DNA of 44,727 nt from an uncultured Gammaproteobacteria bacterium (GCA_963827755.1 CAWHCQ010000036.1:1-44727), one strand, 5' to 3'; counted from the stretch's first letter, positions 1 through 8,466 are shown. Numbers and translations: made by a program. Notes: generated by a model not told the origin, from the letters alone.

Positions 1-12
1 TGGAGCCAACCC

Positions 13-42
13 AAAGGCTGCTTATGGCCGAACTCGGACTAG
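13..42. repeat. 30-bp dyad site (AAAGGC-tgctta-TGGCCG-aactcg-GACTAG)
   Basis: Fits the AAYGDC-N6-core-N6-GNCNTT pattern seen about 20 times in 1-8.2 kb; TGGCCG core at offsets 13-18. Confidence 0.6.
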
Positions 43-73
43 TCGGCAGATTGATGGTATCAAGGAGCATTAG

Positions 74-739
74 ATGACATCTCGGTCCTGCAAGAATATT
101 GCATGTGCTGCAGCCATGGCTACTGTGCTTCTATATGTTGAGACAACCTATTCCGCCACACAATTTCGTGACGAAGGGATAGCAGCGGAAGCCTCGATTA
201 ATGAGTACATTGGCTCTAATGCATGTTCAGAGTGCCATCAAGGAAAATATGACGACTGGTCAGGAAAGCACATGTCCCATTTTGTTCGTTACAGGGATGA
301 TATTACCGAGTCACTTCCGGTAACTCTGAGTAATGCTCCGATTAACGGGGATGAGGTTTTCCTTGTAGTCGGTGATAAAAAGAAGATGGCTTTTGTAGAC
401 AAGCACTGGCAGGTGTTCCCGTATCAATATCACATTGGAAAACAGAAATGGATAAAGAGAAATGAGTGGCGCAATCAAGATTATCGTCTGCGTTGCGGGT
501 CTTGCCATACTGTCGGATTAAATCCAAAAACGAGACAATTCGTTGAACTTAATGTCGGATGTGAGGCGTGCCATGGCCCTGGTAGAAAACACGCTGAGAA
601 CCCAGCAGAGAAGAAGATGAAGGTGCCGGGAAAAACAGATGGACGCGATGTGCTTTTTACCTGTCGTAGGTGCCATAACGAAAGAAGGAAGCATTCTCGC
701 CCCATCCAAACGTTTAGCGGTGTATTCCACGGGAAATAA
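74..739 (+). CDS. Secreted tetraheme c-type cytochrome (c554/c552-like)
   Basis: SD AGGAG upstream; signal-like N-terminus; motifs CSECH, CGSCH, CEACH(GPG), CRRCH; visibly AT-richer than the core genes. Confidence 0.85.
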   Translation: MTSRSCKNIACAAAMATVLLYVETTYSATQFRDEGIAAEASINEYIGSNACSECHQGKYDDWSGKHMSHFVRYRDDITESLPVTLSNAPINGDEVFLVVGDKKKMAFVDKHWQVFPYQYHIGKQKWIKRNEWRNQDYRLRCGSCHTVGLNPKTRQFVELNVGCEACHGPGRKHAENPAEKKMKVPGKTDGRDVLFTCRRCHNERRKHSRPIQTFSGVFHGK

Positions 740-786
740 AGGTAACGGTTAAACCGTCATTTACACAATCGGCCTATATTTATCCA

Positions 787-1019
787 ACACCTCATCATCA
801 GCCGATTTGCGACTTTGTGAATGTCTGGTTCTGCCGGTGTCTCCGTTGCCGGTCTCAAAAACAATCGTTATTCAGGGTGCGCCGAAGGGTAAGTGACTGC
901 TCAAAAAGGACGTTACCGGGGGAAGCAGTTGAGTTTTCAGCTAAACGCGTACTTCCAACCCTAAACGGAAGTACAGCATCTTATATTGTATGCCCGAGAT
1001 TGAGGCGAAAGCTGACATC
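787..1019. repeat. Cluster of dyad sites: half-sites at 787 and 820; full sites at 885-914, 944-973, 989-1019
   Basis: Example 944: AACGCG-tacttc-CAACCC-taaacg-GAAGTA. Starts are spaced 59 and 45 bp, as in the other clusters. Confidence 0.6.
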
Positions 1020-1210
1020 TGTGTTAACCCACTTGGAAACGCAGCGTCAAATATAACCGCAGCACTGCAGTCGGCAAACCCCGGAAGACAAATGACGAGC
1101 TACTCTAGCGCTTTTCTTTTGATTTGTCAGCCAGACAACTAGTCGCGTGATTGCAAGACGGGAACAAGACGGCTAAATTGCGCATGATTCATGCATGGGG
1201 AGAAAACGCA

Positions 1211-1780
1211 ATGAGCATGCTCGCAACCGGTTTACTGCTTTGGGTGGTGGTGCACCTGTTTCCGTCGCTGCTGCCGGAGCAGCGGCAAAAACTGATAAGT
1301 CGCATCGGCGACAAGGCCTACCAGGGTATCTTCGCGCTGTGCATCCTGGCCGGGCTGCTGCTGATCGTATTCGGTTGGCGCAGCGCGATCCCGACGCCGG
1401 TTTATACTCCGCTGGCCGAGCTGCGTGAACCTGCGATGCTGCTCGTGGTCATTGCTTTCGTGCTGCTGGTCGCCGCCAACTTCCCGTCGACACGCATCAA
1501 GCGCGTGATCCGGCACCCCCAGCTCAGCGGGGTGCTGTTGTGGGCGATCGCGCACCTGTTGATGAACGGCGACAGCCGATCACTGCTGCTGTTCTCGGTG
1601 CTGGGCGTCTGGAGCCTGGTTTCGATGCTGACCATCAACCGTCGCGATGGCATCTGGATCAAGCCCGGCAAACCTGACGGCTGGGGCCAGGATATTATTA
1701 TCGTGATCGTGGCGCTGGCAGTATCAGCCCTGGCAGTCTATTTCCACGAGTACCTGGCCGGTATCGCCCTGATCACCTGA
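1211..1780 (+). CDS. nnrU: NnrU family membrane protein
   Basis: GLLLWVVVHLFPS...YQGIFAL and RHPQLSGVLLWAIAHLLMNGD signatures; ATG 1211 follows GGAG. Confidence 0.85.
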   Translation: MSMLATGLLLWVVVHLFPSLLPEQRQKLISRIGDKAYQGIFALCILAGLLLIVFGWRSAIPTPVYTPLAELREPAMLLVVIAFVLLVAANFPSTRIKRVIRHPQLSGVLLWAIAHLLMNGDSRSLLLFSVLGVWSLVSMLTINRRDGIWIKPGKPDGWGQDIIIVIVALAVSALAVYFHEYLAGIALIT

Positions 1781-1844
1781 GTGAGAATAATTCGACAGCC
1801 CCGCCGACTGGCGACGATAGCCGGGCCCGAGTATTCGGCCTACA

Positions 1845-2131
1845 AATGTCTCTTGTGGGTCGGCGAAGAGCGCAACCAGGTTATGAATGTCTTCTCTGTG
1901 TATGAACTTGCCGTTCAGACCAGTACCCGGGATGGCTAGAGTTGGCCGACTCCAGTCTTCGTCGGGCATTGCAACAATCGGTGAGAGGTGGGCCAGGAAC
2001 GGCAGGTATCAGCCCGCAACCAGCCGTTAAGCAAATAACTATCTAATAATTAGCTAAAAGACAGCAAACGACCCAACTGCGACATTCAGCGTAAGTTACT
2101 GTATGTCTTAAACGTACTGGAACCTGTCGTT
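1845..2131. repeat. Cluster of dyad sites: half-site at 1845; full sites at 1886, 1931, 1998, 2057, 2102
   Basis: 1998: AACGGC-aggtat-cagcccg-caacca-GCCGTT. 2057: AAAGAC-agcaaa-CGACCC-aactgc-GACATT. Spacings 45/67/59/45. Confidence 0.75.
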
Positions 2132-2204
2132 CCCGGGCCGGGTTCTGGACCGAGACTATCGATCCATACAGGACCTTCACAGTCCCTGATTTGAATGGGG
2201 CATC

Positions 2205-2786
2205 TCAGGCAACCGCTCGCCAAGCCGCCAGTAAAGCGAACACCAGGAAGACACCACCGCTCATCCGGTGCAGCCAAAGATGAGGAAGGCGCTGCAACAT
2301 CGTGCGTCCGGCCCATACCCCAAGCACTGACACCATTACCAAAGAGGCAGTGGCACCCAACCACACTGGTATAGGATCTAAACTACCTGCCAATCCCGCT
2401 ACCGCGATCTGTGTCTTATCGCCGAATTCGGCCACAAAGATCAACAGCAGTGTAGTAAGGAAAATGCCGTGGCCCGACCTCTCCGCCACATCCCCTGACT
2501 CGTCATCATCCTGTTTGCATAAGGCGTGAATACCAAAGACACCGAACAATACGGCTACCAATCCAGCAGTCACACGTTCAGGCACCCAGGCAGCCACTCC
2601 CGCGCCGAATAATACTGCCAAGGTATTAAGCACAAGAAATGCTGTCGTCGCTCCCAGTATCACAGGCCAATGACGGTGACGGGCCGCCAAGGTCATGCAC
2701 ACCAACTGGCTCTTGTCACCGATCTCCGCCAGAGCAATGAGGGTAAAGGTCGATAAGAAAATGGAAAGTGATTCAGGTGGAACCAT
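2205..2786 (-). CDS. TMEM165/GDT1 (UPF0016) family Ca2+/Mn2+ transporter
   Basis: Two E-x-G-D-K-[ST]-Q motifs (AEIGDKSQ, AEFGDKTQ); hydrophobic. Confidence 0.92.
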   Translation of the reverse strand: MVPPESLSIFLSTFTLIALAEIGDKSQLVCMTLAARHRHWPVILGATTAFLVLNTLAVLFGAGVAAWVPERVTAGLVAVLFGVFGIHALCKQDDDESGDVAERSGHGIFLTTLLLIFVAEFGDKTQIAVAGLAGSLDPIPVWLGATASLVMVSVLGVWAGRTMLQRLPHLWLHRMSGGVFLVFALLAAWRAVA

Positions 2787-2920
2787 ATATGAATGACAGT
2801 TTTGCTATGCCAGGGAGGAACTTTATTATACAAAGCTCACATCGCGAGACCGATCAAAGGTAAGAGCAATCTATACCCCACTATGACAAAACGAATACAG
2901 ACTTGCCTGGGGATAATCCT

Positions 2921-3862
2921 TTACTCCTGGCAAAGATGAACTTCCACAATTGTGTGAACGATGCCAAGATCCCTGGGGATGAGACTTTTGTAGTACTCCG
3001 GCTGCTTGGGTGTGTCACTCACTACAGCTAGTGTGGCTGAATAGATTCCAGGCCCAATGGACCAGATATGTAGATCAGCAATTCGGTTATCATCAACACT
3101 CTCGATGGCGGCACGAGTTTGTTCCAGCATGACACTAGGGGCCTGATGATCCAGCAGTATGCCACTTGTATCGCGAATCAACCCCAAGGACCACCGAGCC
3201 ACCAAAATAGCACCAACGATTCCCATTACCGGGTCCATCCAATTCAGACCCATAAATTTTCCAGCAAGCAGAGCGAAAATTGCTAGCAACGATGTAAGTG
3301 CGTCTGCCAAGACATGAAGATAAGCGGCACGGAGGTTGTGATCCGTATGCTCATGGCGGTGATGGTGTGGGTCTGCATGCTGGTGTTCATGGTCGTGTCC
3401 ATGATGATGCCCCCCCAACATAATCATGCTGACACCATTAACTATTAAGCCCAGAACTGCAACTACAATGGCTTGATTAAAGGCAATCTCGACAGGGTTA
3501 AATAAACGGTTAATACTCTCCCACGCCATTAGGAGTGCAAAGAGGGCAAGTAATACCGCACTCGTATAGCCAGCGAAGGCATTGACCTTGCCTGTCCCAA
3601 AACAGAAACGCGAATCTGCGGCACACCGACGAGTATAGACATAGGCGATGGTTGTGATGCCGAGGGCTGCTGTATGCGAGGCCATATGCAAACCATCTGC
3701 CAGCAGAGCCATTGAGCCGTATACGAGGCCCGCAGTAATCTCGATGACCATCATCGTCGCGGTGATGAGTATTACCCAAAGGGTGCGGCGCTCACCAGGT
3801 CTTACCTTGTCCTGACCGAAGATATGGTCGTGTTGCCATTGTCGTGTGGTTTTAGTGTGCAT
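2921..3862 (-). CDS. dmeF: CDF family Co/Ni efflux transporter, DmeF-like
   Basis: SMALLADGLHMASH, His-rich loop, NLRAAYLHVLADALTS. Confidence 0.88.
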   Translation of the reverse strand: MHTKTTRQWQHDHIFGQDKVRPGERRTLWVILITATMMVIEITAGLVYGSMALLADGLHMASHTAALGITTIAYVYTRRCAADSRFCFGTGKVNAFAGYTSAVLLALFALLMAWESINRLFNPVEIAFNQAIVVAVLGLIVNGVSMIMLGGHHHGHDHEHQHADPHHHRHEHTDHNLRAAYLHVLADALTSLLAIFALLAGKFMGLNWMDPVMGIVGAILVARWSLGLIRDTSGILLDHQAPSVMLEQTRAAIESVDDNRIADLHIWSIGPGIYSATLAVVSDTPKQPEYYKSLIPRDLGIVHTIVEVHLCQE

Positions 3863-4106
3863 TATGCTTTCCTTTCTGACTTGCTACCTGAATTGAGGGG
3901 CATGGCACTGTACCAAAGGAACAGTAAACACAGCAGTCACCATATTTGGGGCGTAATATCACACCGCAGCCCTTACACTCGTAGTAGAACTGGCAACAAT
4001 CAGTTGGCATCGTTTCAGTCTCACAGTGTCCACATTCAGGGCATGTGATAGTGGATTGCTGCACCACCGCGACATTTGCCTTAATTTGATTCTTGTTCTC
4101 ACTCAT
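3852..4106 (-). CDS. GDCCVxC domain-containing Cys-rich protein
   Basis: CPECG...MPTDCCQFYYECKGC...GDCCVYCSFGTVPCP; overlaps the dmeF start. Confidence 0.85.
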   Translation of the reverse strand: MSENKNQIKANVAVVQQSTITCPECGHCETETMPTDCCQFYYECKGCGVILRPKYGDCCVYCSFGTVPCPSIQVASQKGKHNAH

Positions 4107-4158
4107 ATTTCGATAATATCAACAATGGCTTATTCGGGAGCCGTTTTCATTTGTGCTG

Positions 4159-4390
4159 AATGTCCTGTTTTGCCTCTCCCCGCAAGTGTGAATACAGATT
4201 GCTGGGTGTGAACGGTCACTTATGCTGCTACTGAGACCTCCACATGCTGGCTGGGAATGACCGGTTCTGGCCGAACTGAGAAGTAGATTGACCAATCACA
4301 TATCCAGGTGTCTGGCGTATATCCGATATTGGCCCGAACTCGGAACTACATGAAATTTTTATATAAGATTCAGCTAAACGACGGGTGTCG
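4159..4390. repeat. Cluster of dyad sites: half-site at 4159; full sites at 4211, 4256, 4318; left half at 4377-4390
   Basis: 4256: AATGAC-cggttc-TGGCCG-aactga-GAAGTA. 4211 to 4256 is 45 bp; 4318 to 4377 is 59 bp. Confidence 0.7.
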
Positions 4391-4879
4391 GTCCTTTCCT
4401 ACGTCCTGCGTTTGTCTTGAACTGAGGTCCCTTCCCTCCACCGGCATTACCCGGCTTCCCCGGTACTACGGACCTCTCCGCCACCCCAAGGCGCCCGGCC
4501 TGTCCCTCACGGGCGTCCGGTTGGTCATCCTTCACCACGCCAAGGGGCTTCCCGTGTTGCGTGCGTTTCCCTTGTGTACATGCTGTCGCCACTACCCCGG
4601 CACAGTGACTGAGGGCACTGCTTTGCTCATTCCCCCCAGTCATATCAGCCTTCCCCGCATGGGTGGGCGGGTCGGCCTGTGCAACGTCCTTTTCGAGGAT
4701 TGCTCAGCGTTCACTCACGTTACGGCCTGCACACTCACTGGATCATCTAAAATGATCTTTTACATCAGAGGCTTCAGCCACTTCGTTACCTCCATGACTG
4801 CTCCGATTGCTTCCGGCTGGAGCAAAATTGCCGGGTGGGACTCTCACCCACTGGAAAACGCCGCCTTCGCACGGCGCAC
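4391..4879 (-). mobile_element. Group II intron 5' fragment (about DI-DIII; no RT ORF, no DV/DVI)
   Basis: Minus strand begins GTGCGCCGTGCGAAGGCGGCGTTTTCCAGTGGGTGAGAGTCCCACC. DIII-like segment AGTACCGGGGAAGCCGGGTAATGCCGGTGGAGGGAAGGG. A stem-loop at 4654-4671 has ACCCA in its loop, complementary to the 5' exon end TGGGT. Confidence 0.85.
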
Positions 4880-4895
4880 ACCCAAGTGGGACGTT
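4880..4895. repeat. Half dyad site forming the intron 5' exon (ACCC-aagtgg-GACGTT)
   Basis: Matches offsets 15-30 of the CGACCC-core sites at 2057 and 5811. Confidence 0.65.
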
Positions 4896-5058
4896 CAGTA
4901 CGACTGGTCTCTTTCCATACTTTCTATACCTGATTTCCGAGTATTTAAAAACTCTACTGGCTTGATCTGCTCAAGACTTGCTGCAATAGTACTGAAAATT
5001 TCGCTCATTAAAAAATGGGTTCGTGTAGCCATTTGTTATCTATGCTGCTTCCTGGAGT

Positions 5059-5676
5059 GTGATTTTGGAAACGTTAGGACAAACGGAAGTGAAACGAGTT
5101 TTGAACGTGGGAGGCAATAACAAGGCGATCCCACTGCCCTCTCAATATACTGAGTTTGAGCATTTGCTGCTTGATATAGACCCGAAAGGCTCGCCAGATA
5201 TTGTGTGTGATGCACGCCAGCTTACATCTCTTGAGGCTGGTCAGTTCGATGCAGTTTATTGTTCACATAATCTTGAGCACTACTATAGACATGATGTACC
5301 GAAGGTTCTTGCTGGATTCTTGCACGTTCTTAAGGACGGTGGCTTTGCGCAAATACGAGTACCAGACATAGCAGAAGTGATGAAAGTCACTATCGAGCGA
5401 GGTTTAGATATAGATGATGTACTTTACGAGTCGCCGGCTGGGCCGATTATGGTTCTAGATGTACTGTACGGTTATAGCGTTGAAATAGAGCAAAGCGGTC
5501 AAGACTTTTACGCCCACAAAACTGGTTTTACACAGAAATCCCTTTTGACAGCACTACGAAAAGTTGGATTCTCAAATATATACAGTATGACAGGTAACCT
5601 CGAAATTAATGCTATAGCGCTTAAAGGGATACCCGACCAACACACACGCACACTATTCAATCTTCCAAATAGCTAA
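5059..5676 (+). CDS. Class I SAM-dependent methyltransferase-like protein
   Basis: VLNVGG motif I-like, DIVCDA, FDAVYCSHNLEH, VLKDGG; GTG start after GGAG. Confidence 0.7.
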   Translation: MILETLGQTEVKRVLNVGGNNKAIPLPSQYTEFEHLLLDIDPKGSPDIVCDARQLTSLEAGQFDAVYCSHNLEHYYRHDVPKVLAGFLHVLKDGGFAQIRVPDIAEVMKVTIERGLDIDDVLYESPAGPIMVLDVLYGYSVEIEQSGQDFYAHKTGFTQKSLLTALRKVGFSNIYSMTGNLEINAIALKGIPDQHTRTLFNLPNS

Positions 5677-5684
5677 TAACTCTG

Positions 5685-5885
5685 AATGTCCGAAAGTGGC
5701 CGAAGGTACGCGTTTACTGTTTCAGCCAGGAACCAGGTTCATGCGATCGGGAACGGCAAGTATCCGCTCGAAACCGGAAGTACATGATTTACCCATATAA
5801 GATTGGACTAAACGACGGGAGTCGACCCAACCACGACCTTCATCGTAAGTGTCTGCATGTCTTAAAAGTACTGTAAGTAGTCGTT
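5685..5885. repeat. Cluster of dyad sites at 5685, 5752, 5811, 5856
   Basis: 5685: AATGTC-cgaaag-TGGCCG-aaggta-CGCGTT. 5811: AACGAC-gggagt-CGACCC-aaccac-GACCTT. Spacings 67/59/45 are identical to 1931-2102. Confidence 0.75.
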
Positions 5886-6026
5886 CCCGAGCCGGACTCT
5901 GGTCGGCAACCTTTGACATAATTTGTTATAAAACTCCTCGTACTTCTTGTTGAACTCAAAGAAATTCAGAGGGTTGCCGATAACCTCGTATTGTACGGAA
6001 AAGGGCTTTTATTCTTTCTTTAATCA

Positions 6027-8063
6027 ATGAACTCGGAGCAGAAAATACCATATCGCCCTGACATCCAGGGCCTGCGAGCGATTGCTATCGCGATAGTAGT
6101 GCTGGCACACGCGAACATCCCTGGCTTTGCAGGCGGATTTGTTGGCGTGGATGTGTTTTTCGTACTCTCCGGGTTTCTGATTACCGGCCTTTTAGTAAAG
6201 GAGCGTCTGGAGACCGGGACGATCCGTTATGGTACGTTCCTTTCCCGACGGTTACGGCGCCTGTTGCCCGCACTGCTTGTCATGCTGGTTACGGTGCTTT
6301 TCCTGGCATCGATGCTGCTGTCCAGTTATGAAGCGCAAATGCAGACCGGTTCATTAGTGTATTCGGCGACCTGGACCAGCAACTTCTACTTCGCCTTCGC
6401 CGAGTTTGACTACTTTGCGGCTCTGAAGGCCAAAGATGTCTTCCTGCATACGTGGTCGCTGGGCATCGAGGAGCAGTTCTATGCCGTTTGGCCGTGGCTG
6501 GTATCGCTTTCCTTTGTAATCGCTGCCGCCAGCTCCAAACCGGATCGTGATTTCCGGTCTCTGTTCACCGTCATTGCCATCTTTTTCGTTATCGGTATCG
6601 GCCTTTGTCTCTACTGGGCGCAAACTGCGCCGTTGCTTTCGTTCTACATGATGCCATCCCGCGGCTGGCAGTTTGCCCTGGGCGCGAGTGTATTCGTCTA
6701 CTCGCACAGATCTCGATTGGGGTGGTCTGGCGACTCCGGATTCCTTCACTCGACCACTACGATGCAACTGGCTGGCGCCCTGGGCCTGGTACTTATTATT
6801 GGCAGCGCGGTGTTGCTGCATACCGAGCTTAACTACCCGGGCTATTACGCACTGTTTCCGTCCATTGGTGCGGCGCTACTGATACACGCTGGAACCGGCA
6901 CGCAAGCACCCGCCGTGAGCCGCATACTCGCAGGCAGGGCCTTCGTCTGGCTGGGTGACCGCTCGTATTCTCTGTACTTGTGGCATTGGCCGGTCCTGTT
7001 GCTCGGTGGTGCATTCGGCCTGGCGGAGCTACCGGCTGGTATTGCCGCTCTTGTAGGCATTGCAATCCTGCTCGCAGTAGTGAGCTATCACTGGATCGAA
7101 AGACCGTTCTGGAAGGGTCGCTTCAGTGCGACTCCCACGCGACTCGTAACGTTGACGTCTGCACTGGCTATAGTCGTTACGTTCGGGCTGTCACACTCGC
7201 TGAGTACCGTGGTTTTCAGGGACGCAGTTGCATCGGCCAATCACGGCGACACTGATTCCCGTGCCGATGCACCCAACATCTTTGTGGCGTTCAAGTGCGA
7301 TAGTTGGTACCACAATTCAAAGGTTGTGCCGTGCGTGATCGGCGACAGCAATGCCAGATATACCGCTGTGCTGATCGGAGACAGCATCGGCACGCAGTGG
7401 GCTTCATTATTGCCGGAAATCTACAAAGAGCCTGACTGGCAAGTATTGGTTCTGACCAAATCTGCGTGTGCGATCGCAGACCTTGAATACTACTACAAGC
7501 CCGCAGGCAAGATGTATGACGTCTGCACGGAGTGGCGGAACAGAAGCATCGAGTATATCGAAAGGCTTCAGCCGGATATTGTGTTTATCGGCAGCTCATC
7601 CACTTATAACTTCTCAAAGTCCGAATGGGTTGGAGGCACAGAGCGTGTAATCGCAAAGCTCGCCTCGGCCGTGCGACACGTCGTAATCATTGCGGGCACG
7701 CCGGTACTCAGTTTCGACGGGCCGAGCTGCCTCAAAGAGCCGTACCGTTTCACGTCTCGTCTGCGCAACAGTCAGCACATCTGTGAAGAAGCGTTGATGA
7801 ATACAGCCAGCGATGATGTTGCTACGTACATGGGGCGGGCGGCGAGCGGCATTCCCAATGTACATATACTGAACCTCAACGACCTGGTCTGCCCCGGACG
7901 AAGCTGCGCAGCGCGTAGCAGGGACGGACTCACCGTATTCCGCGATCATCAGCACCTGACCGCCTCTTTCGTGGTGGCCCAGACACCGGCGGTGTTGTCC
8001 AGGCTTAACTCGATTGGCCTGGGGCCGTCGTATCTGAAAGACATCGTGTCCCTGGCAGACTAG
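6027..8063 (+). CDS. Acyltransferase-3 with C-terminal SGNH domain (OafA/YrhL-like O-acetyltransferase)
   Basis: YRPDIQGLRAIA, GGFVGVDVFFVLSGFLIT, HTWSLGIEEQFY, IGDS and DHQHLT. Confidence 0.92.
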   Translation: MNSEQKIPYRPDIQGLRAIAIAIVVLAHANIPGFAGGFVGVDVFFVLSGFLITGLLVKERLETGTIRYGTFLSRRLRRLLPALLVMLVTVLFLASMLLSSYEAQMQTGSLVYSATWTSNFYFAFAEFDYFAALKAKDVFLHTWSLGIEEQFYAVWPWLVSLSFVIAAASSKPDRDFRSLFTVIAIFFVIGIGLCLYWAQTAPLLSFYMMPSRGWQFALGASVFVYSHRSRLGWSGDSGFLHSTTTMQLAGALGLVLIIGSAVLLHTELNYPGYYALFPSIGAALLIHAGTGTQAPAVSRILAGRAFVWLGDRSYSLYLWHWPVLLLGGAFGLAELPAGIAALVGIAILLAVVSYHWIERPFWKGRFSATPTRLVTLTSALAIVVTFGLSHSLSTVVFRDAVASANHGDTDSRADAPNIFVAFKCDSWYHNSKVVPCVIGDSNARYTAVLIGDSIGTQWASLLPEIYKEPDWQVLVLTKSACAIADLEYYYKPAGKMYDVCTEWRNRSIEYIERLQPDIVFIGSSSTYNFSKSEWVGGTERVIAKLASAVRHVVIIAGTPVLSFDGPSCLKEPYRFTSRLRNSQHICEEALMNTASDDVATYMGRAASGIPNVHILNLNDLVCPGRSCAARSRDGLTVFRDHQHLTASFVVAQTPAVLSRLNSIGLGPSYLKDIVSLAD

Positions 8064-8115
8064 CTTCGAGTTAAACTGATCCTTCCCCGCCTTTGCAGAA
8101 CGATTGCATGACGGG

Positions 8116-8190
8116 AACGGCAAGTTTTGCTGCTACTGCGGCCTTCGCTGCAATCCGGCAGATGTCTCTTTCTGGCCGTTACTCGCCCTT
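8116..8190. repeat. Terminal pair of dyad sites at 8116 and 8161
   Basis: AACGGC-aagttt-TGCTGC-tactgc-GGCCTT, then 15 bp, then GATGTC-tctttc-TGGCCG-ttactc-GCCCTT. Same cores as the 4211/4256 pair. Confidence 0.7.
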
Positions 8191-8318
8191 TTATTGATCA
8201 ACGCTAGATTACGAGACCAAAGGTACTGAATACACTCGAAACCTGCCCTTCGGCCTTCCAAATAGTGCCATTAAGAAAATCTGAATATTAATAGTAATTT
8301 CCACAGTCGACCAGCATT

Positions 8319-8466
8319 CTACTTCCCGCAATAAACTGCCGTGATCTGCTCGCGCTCATGACCCAGCTCCCGGCTGATAGTAAGCCGTGCCTGGCGGTCA
8401 ATCTCGCGCTGTTCAGTGGTTAGTACTTTGACTTTCGGCCCGCCAGCAGCCGGGGCCTTCCACCCA
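8319..8466 (-). pseudogene. C-terminal remnant of an Integrase_1-type tyrosine recombinase
   Basis: GWKAPAAGGP...DRQARLTISRELGHEREQITAVYCGK* with box II LGH and terminal catalytic Tyr; upstream sequence no longer resembles an integrase. Confidence 0.75.

Noticed and set aside
1060-1120. Additional possible dyad sites at 1060 and 1091 (also 4115)
   Set aside because: Matches are too weak to call by eye.
4308-5120. 270-aa plus-strand ORF (and 4374-4643 minus)
   Set aside because: These are read-throughs of the group II intron RNA with no protein motifs, and the long ORF overlaps the methyltransferase start.
13-8190. CRISPR array interpretation of the ~30-bp repeats
   Set aside because: The repeats are highly degenerate, spacers run from 15 bp to over 2 kb and contain whole genes, and there are no cas genes.
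13-8190. Classical integron attC sites or pdif (XerC/D) modules
   Set aside because: The sites are about 30 bp and lack the longer attC hairpin with RYYYAAC/GTTRRRY boxes. Genes are in mixed orientation. No XerD arm (TTATGTTAAAT-like) is present, and the recombinase remnant does not look like IntI.
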